Assembly (NCBI GenBank): GCA_963796965.1
Contig: CAWCNS010000002.1
Coordinates: 128,001 to 192,000 of the forward strand
Direction of reading: 5' to 3'
Source of the DNA: Calditrichia bacterium
Lineage (GTDB): Bacteria > Calditrichota > Calditrichia > JAJRVZ01
Length of the DNA: 64,000 bases
Part shown: piece by piece, positions 11,739 to 22,115 of the stretch
Layout of the letters: every line of letters starts with the position of its first letter
How positions within the stretch are numbered: the first letter of the stretch is position 1
Notes under the pieces: model-generated
Seen by the model: the letters and a program-made list of their open reading frames with translations, nothing else
What the model was told of the DNA's origin: nothing
Database searches by the model: none
Made by a program: the position numbers and the translations under genes

Positions 11739-12650
11739 ATGCAGAAGAAAAGCATTTTGCTAGTGAAAATATTTTTTATTCTATTTTTATTTGTCCACTC
11801 ATCGGGATATGCCGGTGCCTGGACCCAACAAAAAAACAAATATTTTATGCGTATTTACAGCAGTTATCTTTTTGCAACTAAAGAATTCAATTATCGGGGT
11901 GATCAGCTTGATCTCTATGAAGAGCACCTCGGTTATTCTAATGCCTATTTTAGGAATATCAGTTTCATCGTGTACACAGAATATGGATTAAGTGACGCCT
12001 TTACCCTTATGGCTGAACTTCCATTTACATCTATGACCACTAAGAGAACCATTTCATCTTACTATGGCCGTGATGAGATCGCCACCACCAGTGGTTTTAC
12101 TGATCTTCGGTTATCGGGAAAATTAGGTGTTTTTGACGGACCACTGGTTATATCCGTTCAGGGCGGGATTATGATTCCCATGGGATATTCAACGGAACCG
12201 AGTAACAACGGTCCTCGTCTGGGAAGCGGAGAGGTTAATTATGAGGGACATTTACTCCTAGGCTCCAGTTTTTATCCCCTGCCCATGTATTTTTCGGGAA
12301 GTGTGGGATTTCGCCATCGCAATGGTCTTTTACACGATGAAATAATATTTACCGGAGAACTTGGACTCACCTTTGGACGATTCTTTTTTAAAACCTATCT
12401 GGAAGTGCTAAGAAATGTTGTCACCCCACCGGATATTTATGGACAACGTATAGAGACACCGTTACCAGGCGGCGGTGGTGTTGTTCCGGATGTATTAATT
12501 GGAGATCAGCATTTGACGAAAATCATTCCATCGCTTTCCTATCAGGTAAGTAAAATATTGGCACTCCAGGTAGAAGTAATCCAACCGATGGCAGGAACAA
12601 ATACTCTGAATGGTATAACCTATTCCTTTGGGATTGTATTAACCAACTAG
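11739..12650 (+). CDS. Putative outer-membrane beta-barrel protein, function unknown
   Basis: Signal peptide ending AYA-GAW; alternating aromatic/Gly beta-strand pattern; C-terminal ITYSFG. Confidence 0.6.
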   Translation: MQKKSILLVKIFFILFLFVHSSGYAGAWTQQKNKYFMRIYSSYLFATKEFNYRGDQLDLYEEHLGYSNAYFRNISFIVYTEYGLSDAFTLMAELPFTSMTTKRTISSYYGRDEIATTSGFTDLRLSGKLGVFDGPLVISVQGGIMIPMGYSTEPSNNGPRLGSGEVNYEGHLLLGSSFYPLPMYFSGSVGFRHRNGLLHDEIIFTGELGLTFGRFFFKTYLEVLRNVVTPPDIYGQRIETPLPGGGGVVPDVLIGDQHLTKIIPSLSYQVSKILALQVEVIQPMAGTNTLNGITYSFGIVLTN

Positions 12651-12815
12651 TTTATTTGCCCCTCTACACCCCTTGGATGGAAATATTTCTGAAAAATATC
12701 TCTAATCCATAGCCCCAGGAGATCGATACATTTCCTCCCAATAAATTAATTACATTTACGGGAATATCTTTTATATTTTGAGCGTTTTGACCGTTATTAA
12801 ATAAGGAATTGTTTT

Positions 12816-15197
12816 ATGAAATCCAAAATATTGCTCTATTTATATACTTTACCAGCGCTCTTATTCTTCTCACATGTTAATGCGCAGAACCCTACAAACC
12901 TCAAGAAAATCAGTGGTTACATTCTTGATGAGGAGAGTTTTGATCCCTTGGTTGGTGCCAATATTTATCTAAAAAATGCAACTAAGGGTGCAGCCAGTAA
13001 TAAGGATGGATATTTTGAATTTAATGTTGAGACAGGTACTTATACTATTGTATACGATTATATTGGATACAAGATATTGGAGGAAACTATTAAAGTCGAG
13101 GACGATATTTCAAGACGTATCTATCTGGGCCAGAATTTGGACGAAACCGAAACTATCGTTTCAACTGCTGAAAAGGCGACAGATAATATAACTTCAACCC
13201 AGATGAGTATGGCTACAATTGACTCCCGAACAATTAATCAGATTCCGGTCGTTCTTGGGGAGAGCGACCTGCTCAAATCAATTCAGTTATTACCAGGCGT
13301 AAGTACGGTCGGTGAAGGTGTTTCAGGATTCAGTGTTCGGGGAGGAAATTTTGATCAAAATCTGGTGTTACTCGATCAGGCTCCTCTCTTAAATCCATCA
13401 CATTTATTTGGATTTTTCTCCGTATTTAACACAGAGGCAACAAGTGATCTATCGCTATACAAAGGAGGAATTCCAGCCAGGTATGGCGGGCGACTCTCCT
13501 CGGTTCTTGATGTTCGACAACGATCAGGATCAATTGATAAATTCAGTTTACAGGGCGGTATTGGTTTGGTTTCCAGTAGGCTTCTCGTTGAAGGTCCCAT
13601 TGGCCAAGAGATTGGCTCATATCTGGTTGCGGGAAGACGTTCCTATGGAGATCTGTTTCTCCCACTTTTCAGCATAACTAATACAGCTTATTTTTATGAT
13701 TTAAATTGGAAAGTCAATATAAATCCAGGTAAAAGAGATCAGCTTTCCTTTTTTGGATACCATGGACAGGACAAATTTGAAATTGCGGATGTGTTTGGCA
13801 ATTTATGGGGTAATACAGCAATGGGCTTAAATTGGAATCACATTTTTAGCAATGAATTTGCTGGATTATTCTCTCTTATATATGCACGCTATGATTATGG
13901 TCTCGACATCCTGGCTGATGGTACTGATTTTGCCTGGCGAGCCGATATTGATCAGATTATCCTGCAATCAGATTTTACCTACGGGATAAGTGAGAACTTG
14001 ATTGCTGATTTTGGTCTTCGACTGGCCTATTATAACTTTCAACCGGGAGAAATTAATCCGGTTACAACATCCTCATCAGTTCAACCAATAACTGTTGACC
14101 AAAAATATGCTTATGAACCAGCTCTTTACCTCAATTTTGATCAAAAGATATCATCATCTTTTTCTGTTCAATATGGATTACGATTGTCTGCGTTCTCTCG
14201 CGTTGGCCCTCAGACACTATACCAATATGAAAACAATCAACCCGTAATATATAATGATCAGCTGGGACGTTATGAAAGCGGAACGGTTAGTAATAGTATA
14301 TCTTATTCTTCAAATGAGTCTATTCGAAATTTCTACGCTTTTGAACCCAGATTTACTCTCCGTTGGTCACCCGATGATATGAGTGCAATAAAGATGAGTT
14401 ATAACCGAATGAAACAATACATTCATCTTATTTCAAATACAACTGCCCCAAGTCCACTAGATATCTGGACACCGTCAGGGACCTATATTGATCCTCAATC
14501 AGCTGATCAGATTGCTCTGGGCTATTTTAGAAATTTCGCAGATAATATGTTTGAGACCTCGGTCGAACTCTACTATAAAAAACTCGACAACCAAATCGAT
14601 TATATTGATGGGGCCAACCTTGTATTTAACAACACCCTGGAAACCGAAATCCTTAAAGGTGAAGGGCGGGCATATGGTTTAGAACTGTTTATCAAAAAAC
14701 GAAGTGGGCGATTAACCGGCTGGATAAGCTATACCCTCTCACGTGCAGAGAAACGGATACCAGGAATATCAACAAATGATCCGGGAATAAACAGGGGTCA
14801 GTTTTATCCCGCCAATTATGATAAGCGGCATGACCTTTCTGTTACCGGTGCTTTCCGATTAAATAAAGACTGGGCATTCTCTGCAAATTTTATTTATACA
14901 ACGGGCAGACCGATCACATACCCTTCTGGTCGTTATGAATACGCCGGTCTGATTCTGGCTCATTATGAAGACCGAAATGCTGATCGCTTTCCAGATTATC
15001 ATCGTTTGGATTTATCAGCTACCCTGTTTAATAAATGGGGGGGAGATTGGACATTCAGCATCTATAATATTTATAACCAAATGAATGCTTCGTCCATAAC
15101 ATTCCGACCCAACGAAGACAATCCAATTGTCACCGAAGCGGTTAGGACTACCATATTTGGGTTTGTTCCAAGTATCACCTATAGTTTTAGATTGTGA
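12816..15197 (+). CDS. TonB-dependent receptor with N-terminal carboxypeptidase-regulatory-like domain
   Basis: ISGYILD..PLVGANI N-domain; plug motifs LLPGV, VRGG..DQN, YGGRLSS; C-terminal PSITYSFRL. Confidence 0.9.
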   Translation: MKSKILLYLYTLPALLFFSHVNAQNPTNLKKISGYILDEESFDPLVGANIYLKNATKGAASNKDGYFEFNVETGTYTIVYDYIGYKILEETIKVEDDISRRIYLGQNLDETETIVSTAEKATDNITSTQMSMATIDSRTINQIPVVLGESDLLKSIQLLPGVSTVGEGVSGFSVRGGNFDQNLVLLDQAPLLNPSHLFGFFSVFNTEATSDLSLYKGGIPARYGGRLSSVLDVRQRSGSIDKFSLQGGIGLVSSRLLVEGPIGQEIGSYLVAGRRSYGDLFLPLFSITNTAYFYDLNWKVNINPGKRDQLSFFGYHGQDKFEIADVFGNLWGNTAMGLNWNHIFSNEFAGLFSLIYARYDYGLDILADGTDFAWRADIDQIILQSDFTYGISENLIADFGLRLAYYNFQPGEINPVTTSSSVQPITVDQKYAYEPALYLNFDQKISSSFSVQYGLRLSAFSRVGPQTLYQYENNQPVIYNDQLGRYESGTVSNSISYSSNESIRNFYAFEPRFTLRWSPDDMSAIKMSYNRMKQYIHLISNTTAPSPLDIWTPSGTYIDPQSADQIALGYFRNFADNMFETSVELYYKKLDNQIDYIDGANLVFNNTLETEILKGEGRAYGLELFIKKRSGRLTGWISYTLSRAEKRIPGISTNDPGINRGQFYPANYDKRHDLSVTGAFRLNKDWAFSANFIYTTGRPITYPSGRYEYAGLILAHYEDRNADRFPDYHRLDLSATLFNKWGGDWTFSIYNIYNQMNASSITFRPNEDNPIVTEAVRTTIFGFVPSITYSFRL

Positions 15198-15205
15198 GGA
15201 TTATA

Positions 15206-16060
15206 ATGAAAAAAATTATACTATCATCATTTTTTATTTTTGCAGGATTGCTTTTTTCTTGCCAGGAGGTCGTATCTATCGACCTTGAAGAGGGCCAGAA
15301 ACGTTTGGTTGTTGAAGGACGTATAGAAAAACAAAAAAGTGGCAGTTCTGGATATCAAAAACTGAAATTAACCACAACCAATAACTATTTTTCTAATGAA
15401 TCATCACCGGGGGTTTCAGGAGCGGGTGTTACCATAACTGATGAACAAGGTAAAGCAATTTTTTTTACAGAGAATGCTAACCAAAAGGGCCTTTATGAAA
15501 CATATGATCTCGTCCCTGAAACAGGACAGACCTACATACTATCCATAACCTTTAGTGGAGAGAAATACCAGGCTGTGGAGACCTTGCTCCCTGTTGCTAA
15601 CATCGACTCAATCTATCAAGCCTTTGTTGATGAAAACACCTTTAACGAAGCAGGTATTAGAGTCAAAATTGATTATGTGGATCCCGCTGACCAGATTAAC
15701 TATTATTATTGGGAACAGTTCATAGATGGAATATCCGAAATAACACCAAATCCAGGAACCAAATTTACGATTGTATCTAGTGATGAATTGTATAACGGAC
15801 AGCCATTTCTGGGTAAGACTCCAAACGATGAGCTGATTTATAGTCAAGGGCAAAAGGCTCTCATCAGGCAAATCGCTCTATCAGAATTTGCTTATAAATA
15901 TTACTTTGCTTTATTTGATCAGGAAGGCAGTCGGGGTGGCCTAACAGCACCACCAGCCCCTATCCGTGGTAATATCGAGAATTTAACTAATCCGGATCGC
16001 TATGCGCTGGGCTATTTCTACGCTTCAGAAATAGATGAAGAGGAATTGATTGTGAACTAG
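15206..16060 (+). CDS. DUF4249-like lipoprotein partner of the TonB receptor
   Basis: Lipobox LFSC; LVVEG; C-terminal GNI..ALGYF; directly downstream of the TBDR. Confidence 0.75.
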   Translation: MKKIILSSFFIFAGLLFSCQEVVSIDLEEGQKRLVVEGRIEKQKSGSSGYQKLKLTTTNNYFSNESSPGVSGAGVTITDEQGKAIFFTENANQKGLYETYDLVPETGQTYILSITFSGEKYQAVETLLPVANIDSIYQAFVDENTFNEAGIRVKIDYVDPADQINYYYWEQFIDGISEITPNPGTKFTIVSSDELYNGQPFLGKTPNDELIYSQGQKALIRQIALSEFAYKYYFALFDQEGSRGGLTAPPAPIRGNIENLTNPDRYALGYFYASEIDEEELIVN

Positions 16061-16106
16061 ATTTAAAAGCATTTTTTTGTACAATTATCACAAAAGGAAT
16101 ACGCTT

Positions 16107-17303
16107 TTATTTTATTTTTATTACTACAAAAGTCATGTCATCACGAAGCTGACTTTTGCCCATCCACCTAATCGAAGCCTCATTTAATTTGCTGATTATC
16201 TGATCAGGTGACTGGTTAGCAGCTTTTTCAAACAGGGACCTGATGCGGGATTCACCAAAGACTTCCCCGCTCTCATTAAAACACTCGGATAATCCATCAC
16301 TATGAAAAAGCAACGTATCACCTTTCCCCAATTTGATGGTTTCTGACTGATAGGCAAAATTGGTAAAACTCCCAAGTGGCATACCTTTCAAGGGAATTTC
16401 GGTAACTGATTTATCTTCATCGCGATATAAAAACGGATATGGTATACCAGCTGAAGAAATAGTCATTTTGCCCTTCGATATTTTGGCCATTGACATGGCC
16501 ATATACATATTTCTAAATCCCATTGCTTTCAAGGATCCGGAAACATTACTTAAGATTTCTACAGGATTTTCCAACATCGCAAATGTATTGAATAATACTT
16601 TGGTTGCCGTAACAATGGTACCTGCCTTTAGACCATGGCCAGTTGCATCTCCTAGCGCGAAAGTCAGTTTATCATCCTCCTGAAAAAAATCATAATAATC
16701 ACCCCCCACTTCATCGGCCGTTTTCATTGAAACAGCCATATCCAAATAAGTTAATTCAGGAAGATTGTTAGGAAGCATGGCTAACTGTAATTCACGAGCA
16801 TCCTCAAGGTCTTTTTTCATTCGTTGATTTGATTGTTCTAGTTTGGCGGATACACGATATAAAGCATTCTCATTATTCTTACGCCTGGTAATATCTGATT
16901 GAATTCCAAGAAAATTGGTAACGTTTCCAGACTCATCCCTGATTGGGGTAATAGATAACAAATTCCAGAAGGGGGTTCCATCTTTTCTATAATTTAAAAT
17001 CTCTACCGAACAAGGTATCTTTTCATTTATTGATTTCCGTATCTTTTCAATCGTCACTGGGTCTGTATCGGTACCCTGCAGGAAGCGGCAGTTTTTTCCC
17101 ACCACATCTGACCGGGCATAGCCCGTCAGTCGCTCAAATCCCTCATTTGCATAAACAATGGGATTATCCTTTTGCAGATTGTCAGATATAGTGATGCCTT
17201 CCGCTGTTTCAGCGAGAGCTCTGTTTTTCAGATGTAATTGATAGTCATTGGGCATATCTGAGAGTAGAACAACTTTTTGGGATTTCTCCACTTTCTTATT
17301 CAT
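16107..17303 (-). CDS. LOV (flavin-binding PAS) domain fused to SpoIIE/PP2C (RsbU-like) phosphatase
   Basis: GKNCRFLQG LOV signature, NYRKDGTPFWN, GIQ; coiled coil; VGGDYYD, DATGHG, SDGL, DDMT phosphatase motifs. Confidence 0.93.
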   Translation of the reverse strand: MNKKVEKSQKVVLLSDMPNDYQLHLKNRALAETAEGITISDNLQKDNPIVYANEGFERLTGYARSDVVGKNCRFLQGTDTDPVTIEKIRKSINEKIPCSVEILNYRKDGTPFWNLLSITPIRDESGNVTNFLGIQSDITRRKNNENALYRVSAKLEQSNQRMKKDLEDARELQLAMLPNNLPELTYLDMAVSMKTADEVGGDYYDFFQEDDKLTFALGDATGHGLKAGTIVTATKVLFNTFAMLENPVEILSNVSGSLKAMGFRNMYMAMSMAKISKGKMTISSAGIPYPFLYRDEDKSVTEIPLKGMPLGSFTNFAYQSETIKLGKGDTLLFHSDGLSECFNESGEVFGESRIRSLFEKAANQSPDQIISKLNEASIRWMGKSQLRDDMTFVVIKIK

Positions 17304-17337
17304 ATATGCTATCTCCCTGGTTTCTAATCAAACCATT

Positions 17338-18246
17338 TCAATTAGAAGATTTATTTGATAATGCCAGCTTAACAGCGGACAAATAGGATGTGGGATTGAT
17401 CTGCGGAAATAACTCCCCGGCAGTGTTATCTCTGACAATAACCTCATTTTTTAAACCATCAATTAATGGCCGAGCAATACTTTTAGGTATTGGTGTAACA
17501 AGATCTACCCAGTAAGAGGATAAGCGTGGCGTTAATACCGGCACAGGGATCATTAACCGCTTCAAACCACGAACTTTGGCGTAGCCCATTAGCATTTCTT
17601 TATAAGTAATCACATCTGAGCCGCCTATTTCTATTATTTTGCCCATACAATCCTCTGTCTCAAGTGCAGATAAGAGGTACTTAATCACATCTCCAACAGC
17701 AATTGGCTGTGTTTTTGTGTAAACCCATTTCGGACAAACCATGACAGGTACCCGTTCTGTTAGATACCGGAGCATATCGAAAGATATACTTCCGGAACCA
17801 ACAATCACAGCAGCACGAAATTCGGTTACCGGAATATCTGACTCACGTAAGGCATTACCAGTCTCCTGACGTGAGCGTAGATGGACGGAAAGATCTGTCT
17901 CAGGGTTCCCTAACCCACCGAGGTAAATCAATTGTTTGACACCAGCAATTGTAGCAGATTGACCAAAATTTTTCGCTGCAATTAAATCCTGTTCGTGAAA
18001 ATCACTCCCAGTGGCCATGCTATGAATGAGGTAATAAGCAGCATCAATATCAACCATCGCATCAACTAATGACTTTTTATCAAATACATCTGCGACAATT
18101 ATCTCAGCCACCCCATACCAATCTTTGCCCCTAACTTTCTTCTCATCCCGAACCATACAACGGACATCGTAATCCTTTGTGATCAATTCAGGTATTAAAA
18201 GATTACCAATATAGCCTGTCGCACCGCTTACCAGTATTTTTTTCAT
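17338..18246 (-). CDS. Atypical SDR / NAD(P)H-binding protein (YbjT-like N-terminal domain only)
   Basis: GATGYIG, YYLIHSM, HLRSRQE, GSGSISF, TPRLSSYW motifs. Confidence 0.82.
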   Translation of the reverse strand: MKKILVSGATGYIGNLLIPELITKDYDVRCMVRDEKKVRGKDWYGVAEIIVADVFDKKSLVDAMVDIDAAYYLIHSMATGSDFHEQDLIAAKNFGQSATIAGVKQLIYLGGLGNPETDLSVHLRSRQETGNALRESDIPVTEFRAAVIVGSGSISFDMLRYLTERVPVMVCPKWVYTKTQPIAVGDVIKYLLSALETEDCMGKIIEIGGSDVITYKEMLMGYAKVRGLKRLMIPVPVLTPRLSSYWVDLVTPIPKSIARPLIDGLKNEVIVRDNTAGELFPQINPTSYLSAVKLALSNKSSN

Positions 18247-18399
18247 TTTTATTGAGATTATTGGTTTGAAGCAATATATAATGATTTGCAGGCTAAATTA
18301 AATTCATAAGTAATTTTACCTGAGGAAATTACATAATACCAATTCTATTAAAATTAATTCTTAATTTACGTGTAATATACGTAATTTGTGATCCAAGGT

Positions 18400-18573
18400 C
18401 TATTGAAGTAATTTGAGGTATTTTATTTGGGGATTCTCAGTAATCCAGTCTGCCCAACGCATTTGGGAAGAAGGGAGTTCAGCCAGAGACCTATCGGTGT
18501 GGGTTCCTGTGATACAAATCAGACCCGATTTGTCAGGAAGGGGATACCAGAGACTTTCCGTATCTATATCGTA
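18400..18573 (-). pseudogene. 3' fragment of a DUF3179-like gene (diverged duplicate of the last ~57 codons of 21411-21584)
   Basis: Translates YDIDTESLWYPLPDKSGLICITGTHTDRSLAELPSSQMRWADWITENPQIKYLKLLQ*; no start or 5' part. Confidence 0.9.
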
Positions 18574-18734
18574 ATTTATTTCTGTGCTAAGAAATCAAAT
18601 TAGGACAAAAAGTTGTCAATTAAAGTTGCAAACCGATGGCAAACGCCAGCCCTTTTCCGGTTATTAGAATAGAGTGGTGGAGCGGGTATTTTGGCGGTTT
18701 GATGAAAGCTATTGCATAATGAGAGGTTGTTTTT

Positions 18735-18908
18735 AAACACAAAGTACGCAAAGGAGGCGCAAAGTAAACAAAGAAAGAATTTATAGTTTAAGAGTTTGCT
18801 TATCCAAGATCTGAGATTTAAACCTCAAAATTGGATTACCCGAGATTTAAAAACCTTAAAAAAAATTTTCTTTGTGTACTCCGTGCCTTCTTAGTGTATT
18901 TTGTGTTT
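18735..18908. repeat. Second copy of the (ACACAAAG)-unit inverted-repeat element, with a ~100-bp spacer
   Basis: Left aaacacaaagtacgcaaaggaggcgcaaagtaaacaaag; right ctttgtgtactccgtgccttcttagtgtattttgtgttt. Confidence 0.7.
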
Positions 18909-19026
18909 GAGTTGCAAATTTTTCTGGCGCTACACCGGTGCACCTTGTTTCTTTGTAGATCGATTGTATTAACATTTGGTTAAGACAACTCAAATAAAGA
19001 ATAATTTATGAGTAAAGGAGATTATT

Positions 19027-21189
19027 ATGAGCATACATCTCAATCGTCGAGATTTCATCAAAACGTCTGCCCTTGTGGGTGGACTATCGGTCCTGCCAAT
19101 TCAGTTCTTCAGTTGCAGCCACGAGGAGCCCACAGATTTTTTGTACACACCAGAGAAATATGACATTTACCCAAAGTTCAAAACTCCAAAGAAACTTGTT
19201 CGTTATAAAACATCCCGTTTAAAAGATTCTTTTCCCGATGCAGATGCAAAATCTATCTCGATGCTGTATCCTGTGCTAACAATTTTCCAGGGGCTCATTA
19301 ATCGCAAAGAGACAAGACTTTGGCTGGACCATGGTTCCAGCTCTGTCGATTGGTTGGCTATTTATCGGAAAGATGGTTATAACATTCCGGAGGAGGAAGA
19401 GATAGATTTCACCTCCCTGATCAAGCGTTTTGCCGGTGAACTGGACGGCTATATCATCTTCGATCCGGAAATGCTGCACAGCCTTAATGTGGCACAGACC
19501 TGGGGCAGTCTTGAAAACTGGATGGTGATTACACCGGATTTGGAACCCCTTATCAAAAGTACCGGATTGACCCTAAAAGAGGACTTGCGCAACCGATGGC
19601 CGGGGAGAGTTCCGGCATACGAATGGGCATTCGAGAATCTTTTTCCGCGATGTTCCAAACATCTCATTGCCAATTATTGTGTCGATTATCCTAGTGGTGT
19701 AGCTTTCGTCGATCGTGATTTTTCAACAGCAAAAAATGCATTCATCATGGATTTATCAGCAGCAGTACGTCAGCGCAAAGAATACAGGCTGATGGATAAA
19801 ATATACGCTCAGATGAAAACCCCAGGTGCCGTGTGGGGATGGCATGATACGCGGGATCATGAACACTGGGCAGTAGAGCGGTCTTCACGTAAAGGGTTAT
19901 ACACAATTTGTACGGGTATGCCTAATTTATCGGTGCATGGCGGAATAAAGCCAAAAGATACAAGCATACCAAAACAGAAAAAAAGTCCACGTAAAGATTT
20001 TACAGACTAAAAAGAATAAAATATATATATCTTTTATTATGACTGACGGTGATTCTATGTGGGTCATGAACACGCTGCAATATGGAAACTGGAAGCCAGA
20101 AAAAAAACGCGAATTTCCGGTTTCCTGGGGTTTTCTACCACTTCTGGCTGACATTGCGCCGGCGGTTTATAAACACTATATCACCACACAGCAGCCTAAT
20201 GACTATATGTTTTGCGGACCTTCTGGTGCCGGCTATACCTATACGCATATACACCCTGATCCAAAGTCCTTTTTACGTTACAGCAAGTCTTACATGGAGC
20301 GATGCGATCTGAAAGTTCCGTACATTACCAATTGGAATGATTACACCAATTGGCAGGAGGTGGACGTTCCTTCATTCAACCCCACTCTTTTAAAAGAACT
20401 GGACAACTGCATTGGTTATGTGCGCGGTATGGGCGAATCGGCATTTGATCCCCATTATAATTTCAAGGACAAACCTTTTCTTTTTTGTGGGGAAGGATTG
20501 CATGTTCCCGATAAAGACGACGTCGCCACGGTCAGAAATTTTATCGATGCCAATCCCAACAGACCATTATTCATTCCTTTGTTGATCAACATTACAATTA
20601 CCATGGAAAGATTGCGTAAAATAACAACAGATTTAAAAGATTACGATATTGAATACGTTCGTCTGGATGATTTAATCTATCTCACTAAAAGTGCCTATAA
20701 GCAGGGGATGATCACAGAGGATCTCTACCCGAACCGAAAAGGTAATGAAAAGATTCTAAGTATGGAAGCAAGTGAGAAATGGAAGGGTATTAAAGCCGAA
20801 AACGAAAAATTGACGCCAATTTTGACTGCCAAGACAAAGGTTAAAGCGCTTGCAATGATGAATACAAAAGAGGCTGGATTGGCTCTTGGGCAGAAAATAA
20901 CCAATGAGGATGCAGCAGATATTTTGGCCTTCGCTTTATGTGAAAGTATGTTTAAACTGGTTAAAAATGTGCTGAACTACAAAGGTATCTATGTCAATAA
21001 GCGCGTTGATGCTGTTAATCAATTTGTTGGTAAATTTTCCTCATGGAATGATGTCGACGGGTTATCAGATCTTATTCACATTTGGCAGCATTGGGATGAA
21101 TTAACATTTAAATGGGACAATATTATGTCCATGGGAAAAAGCTGAGCAAAGTGTATCATCAGGCGGATGGATTGTTCAAAGAAAATTGA
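19027..21189 (+). CDS. Tat-exported lipoprotein, GxGYxYP-domain (putative glycoside hydrolase-like) protein; split by two apparent 1-bp frameshifts
   Basis: NRRDFIK Tat motif + FFSC lipobox; QGLINR, NLSVH, MTDGD, GPSGAGYTY. ORFs 19027-20010 and 20039-21145 join by removing one base near 19978-20001. Adding one A at 21136-21140 extends the C-terminus to KLSKVYHQADGLFKEN*. Confidence 0.7.
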
Positions 21190-21410
21190 ATAAAAATCCT
21201 CAAGAAGGTTAAAATATAGGAAACACCAATAATAAAAAAACTAATTATGAGCCGGACCTACTGATTTTAGGGCAAAATATTGTCTGGGATCAGACCGAAT
21301 ATTACACAACAAAGGATTTTGAGCCCATATCCAGTCAAGAAAGGATTGAGACCTTTGGTTTGAAGAAGGAGCAAAGCTACGCTTTGGAATAAGTTATCAG
21401 GAGACAGAGT

Positions 21411-22115
21411 TTATTCAGGTGGTTTCAGGTACTTCGTTTCTGGGTTCTCAATAGCCCAGTCTGCCCAACGCATTTGGGAAGAAGGTAATTCTGCTAGAGA
21501 CTTATCGGCATTAGGTCCTGCGATACACGTTAAGCCTGACTTGTCCGGGAGAGGATACCAGAGACTTTCCGTATCTATATCATAAAGAACAAATGTTTCA
21601 TTGTAGGTCCATCCACTGGCACTTAGCGTGACGATTGTACCATAAACCTGCCGGCTATACACAGCCGTTAAATTTACAAGAGGACAATAGGCAATTGCCA
21701 CCGGTTGTTTGGCATAGAAATCATTGACGATCTCATGATGGACTAAAATATTCAATGAATAGGCACGAATCTGGCTTTCATCTTTATATCCAATCACAAA
21801 AAAATCATTTGCAGCAGAGGGATATCCCCCCTGGCCAGGTGAAAGGAATACAGGGCTATTGATGGGTTGAATGGCGGTAGGACCCAGTCCAAAATCAAAT
21901 TTTTCAGGATCAAAACCATAGGTATTGACGGCATGGGTTATATCCCATTGCTTCCTTGTTTGATCAACAATGGAGATATTTTCTCCATCACGAATAATTT
22001 CAAAGCCATTGAACGGTTCGGTTGCTGTTTCGCGTTCACATGCGATTAATACTAATACTGCAGATACTATCAGTAATTGGAGAATTCTCCTAAAATTTCC
22101 AAAGACAAAATCCAA
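21411..22115 (-). CDS. DUF3179-like lipoprotein, cysteine form
   Basis: Lipobox LIAC; RAYSLNILVHHEIVND; AIAYCPLVNLTAVYSR; LYDIDTESLW. Start uncertain: TTG at 22115 chosen because the upstream ORF part translates a heptamer repeat. Confidence 0.8.
   Translation of the reverse strand: MDFVFGNFRRILQLLIVSAVLVLIACERETATEPFNGFEIIRDGENISIVDQTRKQWDITHAVNTYGFDPEKFDFGLGPTAIQPINSPVFLSPGQGGYPSAANDFFVIGYKDESQIRAYSLNILVHHEIVNDFYAKQPVAIAYCPLVNLTAVYSRQVYGTIVTLSASGWTYNETFVLYDIDTESLWYPLPDKSGLTCIAGPNADKSLAELPSSQMRWADWAIENPETKYLKPPE

Noticed and set aside
18625..18725. Riboswitch or attC-like structure (GGCAAAC; AAACCG...CGGTTT)
   Set aside because: I could not complete a c-di-GMP-I or attC consensus by eye; an Infernal/Rfam and IntegronFinder run would be needed.
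18400..21584. Diversity-generating retroelement TR/VR pair (non-coding copy of a gene's 3' end)
   Set aside because: Mismatches involve all four bases and many are synonymous rather than adenine-specific; no reverse transcriptase or Avd gene is in the window.
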